The notes under the pieces were generated by a model. It saw only the letters and a program-made list of their open reading frames with translations, ran no database searches and was not told the DNA's origin. From Vicugna vicugna (Eukaryota): a stretch of DNA of 64,000 bases. The stretch is taken from positions 7,253,260 through 7,317,259 of the forward strand of contig MU058844.1 in assembly GCA_013265495.1 (NCBI GenBank). Direction: 5' to 3'. Below are positions 14,125 through 27,164 of the stretch, piece after piece. Positions within the stretch are counted from its first letter, which is position 1; each line of letters begins with the position of its first letter. The position numbers and the translations under genes were made by a program.

Positions 14125-14340
14125 TGACTCGCGGGAAAGAGAACATGGACCTTGGAGTCTAAGTGAGTAAGGGCCAATCTGCAGTTTACCAACATCATGG
14201 TAGTTTCCTTGTCCTAATGCTGATAACTTATTTTCCTGTTAAATGAGGATAGTACTTATCCCCCAGGTTTGCTGTGAGAATCAACTGATTACAGGACAAT
14301 AACTGGCATACAAGTCACTCAATAATAATCAATGTTTTTC
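14125..14340 (+). mobile_element. MIR
   Basis: gaaagagaacatggaccttggagtc head; ttaaatgaggatagtactt core; ctggcatacaagtcactcaataat tail. Confidence 0.7.
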
Positions 14341-14499
14341 AGTTATCATTTAATTGAAATCCTAGGGTCATTCAAGAAATATTTCTGTATATATGTCAAC
14401 AATTATTTTGATAAGCAAAAATATAAATATTAAAGTTATTTATCCAGTGTAAACTCATGATTTTAAGAACAGATGATTATCAGACATTCATTTACTTGA

Positions 14500-14790
14500 G
14501 TAAGCTGTTATAGGAACGACTATACTCAACACAGGATCCATTGACACAACAATAAAAACCATCCAGAATGAAACACATTCAAAAATCAATTAAATAAGAG
14601 CAGAGCACCAGGAAGTTTGAGATGAAATAATCTCCAACAGCCTAATACATGTAGTATGTGTAACATGTAATTATAGTCCCCAAAAGAAAGGGTGAGCATA
14701 AGAAATATTTGATGAAATACTGTTCCAAACTTTCTAAAATTTGAAGGAAATACAGACTGACAGATTAAAAAATCTTAGTGAACCCCTTAC
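14500..14790 (+). mobile_element. L1 ORF1 fragment (old)
   Basis: cctaatacatgta...agtccccaaaag...gaaatatttgatgaaatactgttccaaactttctaaaatttga is the L1 ORF1 EEI..ENFP region. Confidence 0.65.
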
Positions 14791-17700
14791 TGAGTAATAT
14801 AGTGGCAAGCCAGAAGGAAGTATAACCATAAGGCAAATTTACTTATTTTAATTTGTTAATGAAGTTCATTTGAGGCAGTGTTTTGCACTGAGTCAACAAT
14901 TGTCAGCATGTCAAAATTATTTAAGTAATCAGGTTTGTATCTGAAGCAAAGTGCAGATAAACATTGTTGACCACTTTAGTTTTGATATTACATAAGCTTT
15001 AGCACATAATCCATATGAACAATTTTATATTTCTATAATAAGATACTGGTTTTTATTTGGTATTGTATTATCAGAAGATGAAATTTAAATATTGTCTCTC
15101 TCTAGCAAACAACAGTTAAAAAGCAACAAAATATCCTCATCTTAATTGAAATATTCTAGGTGATTTTTTTTCAAATCCCAAAATGATAGTCATTCTACCA
15201 AAGTAGAGATGATAGAAGTAAGGGTACCAGCAAACCTAGACCTGTTATTCTCAAACAAGAAAATGTGTGCTTGGCTAGAGAGAATTCCTAGCTGCGGGAC
15301 TCTGCCTTAGCCAGAGGAAAGACTTCTCTGAAATTTTACTAGAGAAAACCGTTATGGCTATGTAAGCCTTAGAAATAATAATCAAGGTCTTATTTAAGTG
15401 CACTCTAAAACTAGAAGGGCAGGATATCCATAACATTAATTTAATTAAGAGAAGAGAGGATTATTTTTTCCCTTTGTTTATTTTTTTAAAGTAACATTTA
15501 TGATGATCTCAACCAAACTTCTACGTTTAAGTAGCATTTCTAAAAAGGAAAAAGGGAGAGAGAGAGAGAGACAGGGGACTTTTTAGGCTCAGATATGCTT
15601 TTGTGAGTGTAAAGATGATATCGTTAACTGACTTGCTTAAATATATAGTAAAATCACTTTTTTAGGAGTGTGAGTGAACTAAAACATTCCCTTCAAAAAG
15701 CAAACTATATGAGAAGAATTATTTTCCAGTTCAGTGCTTTCATTCTTAAGTTCAAGTTTCATAACAGATCCTCAATTATTATGACTTAAACTCTGTTGTG
15801 GCCAATAATTTTTTATAATAGATGCCAAAAATCCCAGAATATTGCGTGCTAGATTGATTATATATCCTATTTCACATCATACTGTGTTTGGGAAGTGATC
15901 TGGTGAGGGTGAGGTATCAGGGTCCAAGCTTCCCAAGATTTTTACTTTGTTCCTAGAGTAAGAAGATTTGTGAAAGTGGGTTTGGGCTCAAGTGACCCCA
16001 GGGAAGGTCTGCCTTACAGGCATTCAATTCTTAGAGTCAAGCTTCTTGGTAAATTGCTGTTTATGTTATAGCTCTTCCTGTTTCCATGTGGACGGATTCA
16101 CTAGAATAATACTTCAAGCTCTTTCCTCACCAGCTATCCATTTCTTTGTTGGGGAGGAGTGTTTTCTGATTAGGAATTTAACAAATAGGAGCCATATATG
16201 CTCAGCTTAGCTCTTTCCTCTTTTAGAGTCAGGGGTCTCTTCATGCTATAAATTTTACAAGGGTAACCTCAATAGAGGAAGTTTGTGGTTTTCCAGCTAT
16301 GTCTGTACCTGGCTGAATAAGTGCAATTCTTCAATGCACTGTTAGCAAGCTATGTCTTCCAACCTAGCTTTGGCCATAAATAAAGATGATATATTAACCT
16401 CCATCTGTCTCACTCCTTCGTCTAAGCCACACTTTCTCCTGTTGCACTTTTTGTATATATTTATGAAGGTTCCTATTTCATTCTATTGCGTTTTAAATTT
16501 ATCCATCTCTTTCACAAGGCTGTCATTTCCGTTATAAGGAAGGGATGTCAATTCCATTGTCCTATTTTAATTGCTTAATAAGTTTAAACACATGAAATAG
16601 GCAATGAATGTTTGTGGCGTAAATGGATGAAAAGTGCACCAAGAATTCCCTGTGATAAACTTTCTCTTGGATGTGTTTTATGTAGCAAGTTCTAAAAAAA
16701 AAAAAAAAAAAGTCCAGTAACCCTATTCAGTAGGCTTGCTGTTGTTTACTGAAGTACAAAATATAAAGGTGATAGGTTCGTTCAATCAAGGGGCCATAAC
16801 AGGGAGACAAGGTCAATCCTTAGCCTGCTGAACCAGAAGAATCAAGGGGACTTTTCCAGGCAGTTAAACACCCTCTGAAACATAAACGCTGTGTTTTGTT
16901 TCTTCTATTGTTTAATTCATCGTTTACCTGTAGTTCTTTGTATGATTCTTTCCTGCTAGATCAAGTGAAAGAAATAGAAGTTTTATTGAAGATGAAAGAG
17001 AGCCTCCTGGCACAGTGACAGGAGAAAGCCTTTGAAAATGCATGTATTTCTCATTCTTCCAGCAGAACAGTCTTTCCAGTGCAAACCAGCTGTTTGATTC
17101 TCTAAGGTCGCATTGCTTAGACTATCTCAACTTCGAAAACATTGTGGCATAAATTTTTTAAAAAGTATATTCCAGTACTATTTTAGAATTATTATTATAG
17201 ATTAAAGTCAAGGAATCTAGGGTGACCAATGTAGGTAAAGAAAAATGCATTACTGGAGTAGAGAATGTAAAAAAAGTTTTAATATTTATTTGCTGAAATA
17301 TTAGCTTATGAAATAAAGAATAACCAAGATTTAATAAGTATTAAATAAAAAGTAAAACTCTCCCAGGCCATATTATAATGCCTCAAAAATCAGGCAAGAA
17401 TTTTTCCATTTCCTTTCTTTTCCAAGAGGAAAATAATAGTAATAGCTATGATATTGAACCTCCTCTGGGATTTGGTAAAACATTATAAAAAGTCCAACCT
17501 GTGCATTTTTGGTTTTCATGACCTGAACTGAATATGACCTTATCCCATATTTCCAACTTCCTTTCCAAAGTTGAGAAATTAGTGATTTATAGCATCATGT
17601 CATTTTTGGCTAAGGTAGCATATCATAAATGATGTTGCTCATTGTTACAACATGCAGAGTGTTGAACCAATATTTCTCTTTTCTTTCCTCCTTCTGTGTT

Positions 17701-18344
17701 GTTTATTTGCCTGTATTCCTAGGAGATGCCAACTGAACACAAAACTTTCTCGCATAGAAACCTTTAAATGAGTGGAAATGCCCAGTGACATTTTTGGTTT
17801 AGGACTTGGGCTAGCTATAGGGTCCCTCAAGCCGACAGGAAGAAGCTATGAAAATGGATTCCCTACATGTTCATTTAAAATGGGTCAGAAGGTTACATGA
17901 CAATATAAAACAGCACACTAGAGCTTTAAAAATGATTTATACTTTGTTACATTTATTAATACTAATAACTCTGGATATTTTATGTAGAAAAATATTTCTA
18001 AAAAATATCCTGTCTATGGACATATGGTGTTTGTACAAAGTGTCTTTATTCACAGCTTTACATCCTCATTTCTAAATTTTCTAAAATCTTGGTTTTGTCT
18101 CAAATTTAGACTTTTCTTCTTTCTCCTAGAAGAAAGTAATTTGTGGCATTAGTAAAGAAATAAATAAATAAATAAAGTGGTGTATTTCATATGAATGCAT
18201 GACATATTATCAAGGAAATATTTGCAATTAACTTGAAGAAAATATTTAAAAGGAAAAAGAATAGGCATAGTTTATAATTCCTTCTTATTTCTGTAAAGAT
18301 GTTTACCCATTTATTTTATTTAAGAAAACTTTCATGCCATTAAA

Positions 18345-18540
18345 TCTGGGCCAAGCATTGTAATGAGTTATTTTCACATATTCACTCAGGTAATCATACC
18401 CCTATCAGGTAGCTACAATTAGCATCCCTGTTTCATGGGTAAGTAAACTAAGCCAAGCTGTGCTTAAGAAATTGTTCAGGTAACTCAGCTAGGGCGACAG
18501 ATTCTGGACTCTGGAGCCCATGCCCTTACTCTGTATGCAG
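18345..18540 (-). mobile_element. MIR
   Basis: catccctgtttcatgggtaagtaaactaagcc...aagaaattgttcaggtaactcagctag...tctggactctggagcccatgccctta. Confidence 0.75.
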
Positions 18541-18851
18541 TTAGGTAACTCCAGAATATTGAAGAGAAAAAAAAAAAATCCAAGATGCTACAAAATTTCT
18601 TGCTTATTTACTTCCATCCATATGCCTATGCCTATGCCTAGGAATTGAATTTATGCTTTCATTTATATTTACAGTATACACCCAAAACGGTTATACAAAA
18701 ATTTACATCAAGTTTAACCTATAATTTTATCAAAAAGTTTGGCCTGTTATTACATTGTGAATTTAACTATCAATCTGGAAGAGGCATAAAATACTGCTGT
18801 GTTTTTCTGTACTTATCCTTTATGTATAGAGGTTTAAGTGCATACATTTTT

Positions 18852-19237
18852 CTCTTACGGATATGAAAATCAATACTGTTAATTATGGTGAATATTTGGA
18901 GAATGGGGCAAAGGCTTTCCACAGTACTCACAGCAGCATTATGATCAGGTACAATTATCTGAGTTTTAACGAGGAGGAAACTAAGCAGAAGATGATCAAA
19001 TAGGTAAGTGGATGTCACACAACTCTGTGGGCTGATACAGGACGTGAACAGACATTCTGACTCAAACCTCTGCTCTTAGTTTACATACTGCTCTGATACA
19101 TACTGTATACCCTCCCACTGAATAAACCATTGTTCATGGAAAGTTCTGCAGGATCAAAGGCTGAGAGAATTGTCAAGACTATAAATAGAGTTAGACAGTT
19201 TGATGTATGAAAGGGTTGTATTGTTTTCTTTTTCAGC
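18852..19237 (-). repeat. Left arm of diverged inverted duplication (MIR at ~18860-19090 plus ~140 bp non-MIR flank)
   Basis: Reverse complement aligns by eye to 21436-21810; 91 of the first 120 aligned positions identical without gaps. Confidence 0.85.
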
Positions 19238-21435
19238 TGGACTGGAGGTATTCCCCTACCTCTGACATCACTGGGAGCTCTCTCTTCCTCTGGATTCATC
19301 TATCTTTATATCTCTATACATATGTAGAAATATGTGTAGAAAATACATTTTCTTAAGTTATTTTAAAAGGAAAAATGTCAGTTCTTTAAATATGCACATA
19401 ATGTATTTTATTTAACAATCAAAATTCCACATATGTGTGCACATATGTATAACTAGAATTTCCTTTTTTGTATATTTTTTCAATAATTTTGGATTTTTTA
19501 GTTTACTTCTTAATGCACAGGATGTATTAATATCATAAAATATTGCACTTTTCTACCTTAGTTGTCTATTCTCTCCATTTTAAAGAGGTTCTTTAAATAT
19601 GTTGACATAATGGCCAAAGAATTTCCTATGTCATATGTTCACAATTTTAATCCAGGAGAGGAATGATGCTTATCCATTAATTTCAACCAAGTGCCCCTCC
19701 CCCCCAAAAAACCCGATGATCACTGCTATCTTGGAGTTTATATTCTTATGGATGAAGATGAACAATAAATGAATATACATAATAAAGCAGATGAAAGTGA
19801 GAGTTGATCTATTATAAATGAATTTATGTTTGGCAACTTTGCTATCAGATCATACTTACTTTAAAAACTTTCCAACTTTTCCATGAACTAGAATATTTCA
19901 TAAAATTTAGTACTTCTTTTAATCAATTAAAAATTAATATTAAGAAATGAATTATCATACTGATCTTCATGACATGTATAGCCCAATAGGAAAGATGTGA
20001 TATGTAGCTACATTTATTTTTCAGTATTTTTCTGCTTAAATCTTTTTAAAAGTTGGAATGATAAATTATAATCACAAGATGCAAAATGTTTAGGGCTCCA
20101 ATAGTTTAGAAAGAGATGAAATAGATGAATATTATAGATTTTTAATAAGAATATGATATACCAGTACAGCATAGACTAAACAACCCAAGTGAAGAATTTT
20201 GGTCAATTTGGCATAAACATAAGAGAATGATGGCAACTTAATCCTCTGGTTATATAAGCAATGTGTATCTGGAGAAGATATTTGACAATGTGCAGTGGAA
20301 TAGTTATAACATTTCAATAAATGTTAATGTATATCTTACTTTAAACAATCTTGATCCAGCCCCTAATCATTTTAATTTGTATTTATACTTGAATAAAAAA
20401 TTCTCTTTTTTTAAATAGTTATTTCTTTGTAGAATATCTCTGTTATGGAACATACACAAAAACAACTGTAGAAGTGATCTAAAGTTTTTACTTTATGTTA
20501 CTTTGTGATGAGGTCCTGCTTTATATAATGGAAGTAAAACGACTATAGTAATTTCAGAGGTTACAAAAGGCATTGCATTTAAAGTGAAAATTATCTTCAT
20601 TGGCTATAAAAACTCATATTTGATGTAGGTGACAGAAACACTTTATGACTTCAGTAAAGAATTTTTAATTACCTCTTAATTGGTTTATAAAATCTGGCTA
20701 ATCTGCGGAATTTTCCTTGTTTTCAAACTTTTTGATTTTTTTTGTATCGTTCTCTCTCTTCAGAGCCACAAGCTATTTTATAGGAACTTAAAAGCTTAAA
20801 GTTCTTTGTTTATTGTATTGACAGAAAGTAGAAAGGACCTGTACTTCCTTTTGAATCCTTAATATGCCAAGACAGATGCTCTTAGAAAATTCCTGATACA
20901 AAATTCCTATAAATGTTGGAAAAATGCAGCAAACATTTCTTAACGTAACACTGCGTTTGCAGGAGAATAACAAAAATCCCCGAAGGCAAAGAAAAAAAAT
21001 TGAACTAAAAAAATTGCAAGCTAACCTTCAAGCTATAGTCACATCTGGGGCATGTACTAGTTGTGGTAGTTCAAAGTACTGGATTTTAATGCTGAACCCC
21101 AAAACATCTATACCTTCCATGAAAATGTTGACAAAAATCCCCTTGACAGGCAAAGGTAGCTGAAAAGAAAAACTGTTTATTTGGGTATCTACAACATGGT
21201 CAAGGAAGTTCACACTGAGAAAACGATATTAAGTAGTTCTAAGTTTGGTAGTAGCCAAGAGCAGCTAACAAAAGTAAATGACAAGGACTCCCATAGATAA
21301 AGTTAGAGAAAGCCTCACTAGGTTAAAAACCTAGCTAAATTACAAAACACCCAAGAAAACAAAAAAACATGAATGATATTCCCCAGAATTGAACATCATG
21401 GAACTTTATATGATGCAAAGATTGGGTGTAATAAG

Positions 21436-21810
21436 GCTGAATAAGGATATAATACCATCCTTCCACATATCAAATTGGCAAAATATATCTATAGCCATGA
21501 CCATTTTATTATCCCTTGACCCTGGAGAACTTTCTATGCGCAAAGGTTTATTCAGTTCAAGGGAATGTAATGTATGTAAGAGTGAAGATTCTAGTCAGAC
21601 TATGATTCGCATCTTGGATTTATCCATAGAGCTATGTGTTACTCACTTACTTATTTGACCTTCCAGTCCTGTTTCATCTTTCTTAAAATAGGAACAGTTT
21701 ACCTGCTCATAAGGTGATTCTGAGTATAAAAGGAAATTTTAAATGGGAAAGCTTGGCTGCATTCTCTAAATATTAGTTATAATTAATAGTATTATTCATA
21801 TCTATAAGGG
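21436..21810 (+). repeat. Right arm of diverged inverted duplication (non-MIR flank plus MIR at ~21575-21800)
   Basis: Shared blocks agaactttc, ggtttattcagt, cacttac.tatttga, ataattaa.agtatt with the reverse complement of 18852-19237. Confidence 0.85.
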
Positions 21811-21968
21811 GTATATTATTGGTTTCCTAGTAAAGCTAAAAATGGTAACTGGCTGACTTTTACTTTTCTGAGCCAATTGCAGAATGCTAAAAGGCGAAGA
21901 GAGGGAAATTACATATTTCTAATATTTCTGGCAAGCATGTGATTTAAACACAGTTTTCAGTGTGTCAG

Positions 21969-22640
21969 TGTTATGGGTTGAATTGTGTCAATCCCCAAAT
22001 TTATATGTTAAAGTCTTATCTTCCAGTGTCTCAGAATGTGATCTTATTTGGAGATAGGGTCTTTATGGAGGTAAAATGAGGTCATTACAGTAGGTTCAAT
22101 ATATATAGCCACTGTACTTATAAAAAGGAAATTTAAACAAAGAGAAATACCTAGAGAAAAATGATATGAAAAGACAGTAAGGAGATGATAGCCATCTACC
22201 AACCGAGAAACACTCAGAACAGATCCTTCCCTCACAGCCCTCAGAAGGAACCACCCCTGCCTATTTCTTGATTTTGAACTTCTAGCTTTCGTAACAATGA
22301 GACAATAAATTTTTGTTGTTGCTTTTTTTTTCATTTTTCAGTTCTGTTAGGTAGAATTGTTATAATTTGATTGCACATATACAATGCATTGCATGTAAAT
22401 GCATATACACAATACACTGCACATACTTTTTTTAATTTACATATAGACACTGTTTATATGAATGTTTAGAGCTTTAGCTTTTTAAACTTATGTAGTTATC
22501 AAAGGAATAAAGCCAACCACAAAATAAGAATTAATTCAAAAAAGTACATGCACCTGACTATTAACAGCAACTAAATTTTTGTTGTTTAAGCCGCCCAATG
22601 GGTTACTTTGTTACAACAGACAGCTCTAGCAAACCAATAG
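21969..22640 (+). mobile_element. MaLR solo LTR (MLT1A/B-like), interrupted at 22321-22571
   Basis: tgttatgggttgaattgtgtc start, cagaatgtgatcttatttggagatagggtc, gagacaataaatttttgttgtt|taagcc, end ctagcaaaccaata. Confidence 0.9.
22321..22571 (-). mobile_element. 251-bp poly(A)-tailed retroposed insert with 15-bp TSD
   Basis: Exact direct repeat taaatttttgttgtt at 22306-22320 and 22572-22586; T-run at left end. Confidence 0.85.
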
Positions 22641-24074
22641 TTATATATAGTATAACATGATTAATTTGTTTTAAAAAGAGGGAAGATTTAAATTAATAAT
22701 AAACTTCAAGTTAAAGTAAGCTTAAATTTTGTGCAGATACCAGAAAATTGAAACATTTTTAAGCACATATTTCTTTAATGTTTCAAACTGGTAGCAATTC
22801 AAGTGTTACCCTGCTTAATCCCATATGCTTACATAATATGTAATACAATACATGATATGGAATACAATGAAAACTCCCAGGGCCCAAATACTGGTATCTA
22901 ATAGTATTTTTCTTTTAACGAACAAGGCTTCATCTTGTTGTTCTGAATTTTTCTGAGAAACAACCATTATTTTGAAATGCATCAGAAGTTGGTTAAAAGG
23001 AGTCCGTTTGAAGAGGCTGCCTGTGACAATTTAGCTTAATTTGTTTATGTAAAGATGACAGTTAATTAAAAATAAGTTATCTTGTTCAAACCACAGATCC
23101 ATGAAGATATTCAATTACTATAAAGTTAATGGAAGTCAAATCTTTCCTGTAAGTCAACAGATTTGTGTCTAGTTTTACATAAAGGAGGGAGAATAATTCA
23201 GTTGATAAAGTATTATAAACAAATGAGTTCCACAAATGCAGTGTCATCTCCCAGTCAGGACTTCAAAGAACTGTTGGTCTATGTTTTGTTTTATTTCTCT
23301 GAAAAAAAAAAATAAAGGGAAAAAAAGCTTTAGGAAGCACAAACAATTTAAGGCTGAATCTATTAACTTGATAATATCACTATCTTACTGTGAGTGAGGA
23401 TTTCAAAACCCCGCCTCAGGCAGTGCAAGTTTTTCCTACTAGGAAACACTCTATGCTGAAATATTGCCATAGGGGAGGGTGGTTTGACTGAGATGAATGG
23501 AGAATTGCTTACACTGCTGAGCCCTCAAAAGAGAATGCTGGCCCCAAATAGACTAGGATGAGGCGAACCCCTAACAGGCTGAATTACAAGTTGTATAACC
23601 TGCTAGTTAGAGTAATCCAGTTGTCAAGAAACTGACAGATGTTTACTACTTTACTGGAGGAATACTGTGACACCTTTTAAAATATGTCATTAGAAACATT
23701 TTATAGCCTTTCAAATCTTCTAATCTATGAATTTAAGAGAAATGGAGATAACAAGAATGACTTCTGTTTTGCCCCTGCACTCTCTGACTATTCTTAGACA
23801 CTGGGTATATATGTTGGCCACTTTATTCGGTGCAAGAGCCTAGTACAAACCAACCCCCAAATATGTCCCAATGTTCCCTGGGTGTCTCATTGTTACACAC
23901 ATCAATTTTCTAAGCAGTTTATTCTTTTAGGTAATATAACACAATCATGATGAAAGCTAACTCTTAAGAATTTCTTTTTCTTGCTTATCATTAATTTCCC
24001 ACCTTTTTGTTTTCTCGTCACAAGAAATCGATTCAATTCCTCAAGTATGTTTTTAAAGTGAAAAATGTTTTGCT

Positions 24075-26739
24075 TTTTTTTTTAAACGTTGGTAAAATAC
24101 ACACAACATAAAATTTACCTTTTATAGGCCTACAGTTCAGTAGTCTTAAGGACATTCTTGTTGTGTGACCATCCAAATCCATCCTCCTCATTATTTTCAT
24201 CTTGAAAAATGACTATACGTGTTAAACAATAACTCCCCATTTGCTCATCTTTTGGAATCCAGCAAAATATTATCTGTTTTCATGATTTTGACTACACTAA
24301 TTATGTCATATAGGTGAAATCATACAATATCTATCTTTATATCACCTCTAATTTCATTTAGCATACTGTCCTCAGTATTCAACCATATTGTCACCTATGT
24401 CAGAATTCCCTCCCTTTTTAAGACTGCATAATATTTTAATTGTATGTATAAACCACATTTTACTTATCCAGTCACACCTCCATGGCTTTGTGAGTTGCTT
24501 CCATATTTTAGCTATTGTGAAAAAATGATGCTATGAATATGTGTATAGAAATGTCTCTTCAATGCTCCATTTTCAATTCTTTTAGATATGCACCCAGAAG
24601 TGGGATTGTTGGTTGGACCATATGGTAAATTCTATTGTTTAGTTTTTGAGGAACCAGCATGCTGTTTTCTACAGCAGGTCTACCATTTTTCATTTCCACA
24701 GAAGTGCTCAATGGTTCTAATTTCTCCTTATCCTTGTCAACATTTGTTATGTTCTATTTTTTGATACTTTAAGTTAGTATCTTGTTGTAGTTTTGATTTG
24801 TATATCCCTAATGATTAGTGATGTTGTGCATCTTTTTGTATATTATTGGCTATGTGTATATCTTTTTGGAGAAATATCTTTTCAAGCTTTTTATAAATTT
24901 TTGAGTCATGTTGTTTTCTGTTGTTATTGAGTTTTAGGAACTCTCTATATATTCTGGATATTAATCCTTATTAGATATATGATAAGATACATAATCCCTA
25001 TCAAATACATTGATAAAATATATAATCCTTATCAGATATATGATTTGACAATAATTTCTCTATTCTGTGGGTTGTCATTTTACTCTGTTGATAATGTCTT
25101 TTAATTCACAAGTTTAAAAAAGTTTTATGAAGTCCAATTTGTCTATTTTTTTAATTTTGTTTTGTTTTTTTACCTATGTCTTTAGTGTCATATTCAAGAA
25201 GGTACTGCCAGGGGAGGGTATAGCTCAAATGATAGAGCTGCATGCTTAGCATGCATGGGGTCGTAGGTTCAATCTCCTGTACCCCTTGTAAAAATAAATA
25301 AATAAACCTAATAACCTTGCCCCCACTAAAGAAAGAAAGAAAAAAAAAACTAAAATAACTTAAAAAGTCACTGCCAAATCCAATATCATGAAGATTTTGT
25401 CTTATGTTGTCTTCTAGACTTTTATTGCTCTAGCTTTTATACTTAGGTCATTGATGCTTTTTGAATTAAGTTTTGTATATGGTGTCAGCTAAGGCTCCAG
25501 AGTCATTACTTTGCATGTGAATATCCAGGTTTTTTGCACAATTTGTTGAAAAGACTGTACTTTCCCTGTTGAATGATCTTGCCAAAAGTCATATGACTAT
25601 ATATGTGAGGGTTTATTTCTGGACTGTTTAGTTTATCTCATTAGTCTGTATGTTTGTCTGTATGCCACTACCATATGATTTTAATTACCATAACTTTAAA
25701 CGAAGTTTTGAAACCAGGAAGTGTCAGTCATTCCATTCGGTTCTTCATTTTCAAATTGCTTTAGCTCTTTGGGGCCCTTGATATTATATATGAATATTTC
25801 AGTGGGATTTCTGACTTCTGTGAAAAAAAATGACATTGTGTTTTTTGATAGAGATTGCATTGAATCTGTAGATTGCTTTGGTGTTTTAACAATTGAAATT
25901 TAATATTGCTATTTCAACAATATTAAGACTTCCAATCTGTGGACATGGGTGTATTTCCATTCATTTATATCTTCTTTCATTTCTTTCAGCAACGTTTTGT
26001 AGTTTTCAAGTATAAATCTTTCATCCCCGTAGTTAATTCCTATGCATTTTCTTCTTTTTGATGGTATTGTGAATGAATTTTTTGTAACTTCCTTTTCAGA
26101 TTGTTCATGTATAGAAATGCAACTCATTATTGTGTTTTGACTTTGTATCTTGCTACTTTCATGAATTCATTTAGTGGTTCTAACAGTTTTTTTGTGTGTG
26201 TATATGGAATTTTTAGGGTTTTCTACATTTAAGATCATATCATCTGCAAAAAAAAGGTAGTTTTATTTATTCCTTTCCAATTTGAATGTCTTTTATTTAT
26301 TTTTCTTGCTTAATTGTTCTGAATGTAACTTTAAGTAGTTGGACAGAAATGATGAAAATGGGCATTTTTGCCTTGTTACTGATCTTAGAAACATGTGTTT
26401 TTTGTATACGACTTTTGTTATGTTGAAGTAGTTTTCTTCTATTACTAGTTTGTTGAATGTTTTTATCATGAAAGGGTGTTGATTTTTTTTCAAATGACTC
26501 TTCTGCATCAATTGAGATGACCATGTGATTTTTTTTCTTCATTCTGTTTATGTGGCATTTTGTGTTCATCAGTTTTCGTATGATGAACTATCCTTGCCCT
26601 CCAGGAATAAACCCCACTCCGTCGTGGTGTAAAATTATGTTAATGTGCTGTTGAATTCTATTTGCTCGTATTTTGTTGAGGATTTTTACACCAGTGTTCA
26701 TAAGGGATACTTGTATCTAGTTTTCTTTCTTTCTTCCTT

Positions 26740-26787
<48 letters not shown>

Positions 26788-26945
26788 TGTTTTTATCTGG
26801 CTTTGGTATCAGAGTAAAGTTAGCCTCATAGAATAAGTTAGGAAGTGTTCCTTCCTTTTCAATTTTTGGAAATGTTTAAGGAGGATTGGTATTCATTCTT
26901 AATGTTTCACAGAATTCACCAGTGAAGCCATCCAGCCCTGGCCTT
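24075..26945 (-). mobile_element. LINE-1 (L1MA/L1MB-like), 3'UTR through ORF2 RT region
   Basis: Poly-T then ggtaaaatacacacaacataaaatttacc; minus ORFs give L1 ORF2 peptides [51 protein letters not shown]. Confidence 0.95.
25211..25361 (+). mobile_element. Camelid tRNA-derived SINE (vic-1-like) inserted in L1
   Basis: ggggagggtatagctcaaatgatagag (A box) ... ggttcaatctcc (B box), aaataaataaataaaccta, A tail; imperfect TSD aagaaggtactgcca / aaaaagtcactgcca. Confidence 0.85.
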
Positions 26946-27160
26946 TTTTTTTTTTTTTTTAAAATTTTGTTTTGGTTTGGTTTGGTTTTTGTTTTGTTTT
27001 GTTTTAATTTCTTTTATATATTTTATTTATTTATTTATTTTTATTGGCGGGGGGAGGTAGTTAGATTTACTTATTTATTTTTGGAGGAGGTACTGGGGAT
27101 TGAACCCAGGGCCTTTTGTATGCTAAGCTTGTGCTCTACCACTTGAGCTATACCCTCCCC
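26946..27160 (-). mobile_element. Camelid tRNA-derived SINE (vic-1-like) with long A-rich tail
   Basis: ggggattgaacccaggg...ctctaccacttgagctataccctcccc is the reverse complement of the same SINE head as at 25211. Confidence 0.9.
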
Positions 27161-27164
27161 ACTT

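Noticed and set aside
17670..17890. Long polypyrimidine tract ending in cctag (acceptor-like)
   Set aside because: All three downstream frames close quickly and there is no convincing donor
19081..21658. Two ORFs (19081-19299 minus, 21389-21658 plus) encoding similar peptides, as a possible paralogous microprotein pair
   Set aside because: Codon-by-codon comparison shows many first- and second-position changes and no clear synonymous bias; the starts are unrelated and the ends run into MIR. The similarity is explained by the DNA-level inverted duplication.
25211..25285. tRNA-like sequence with A and B boxes
   Set aside because: Followed by a SINE body, A tail and TSD; it is a SINE head and not a tRNA gene
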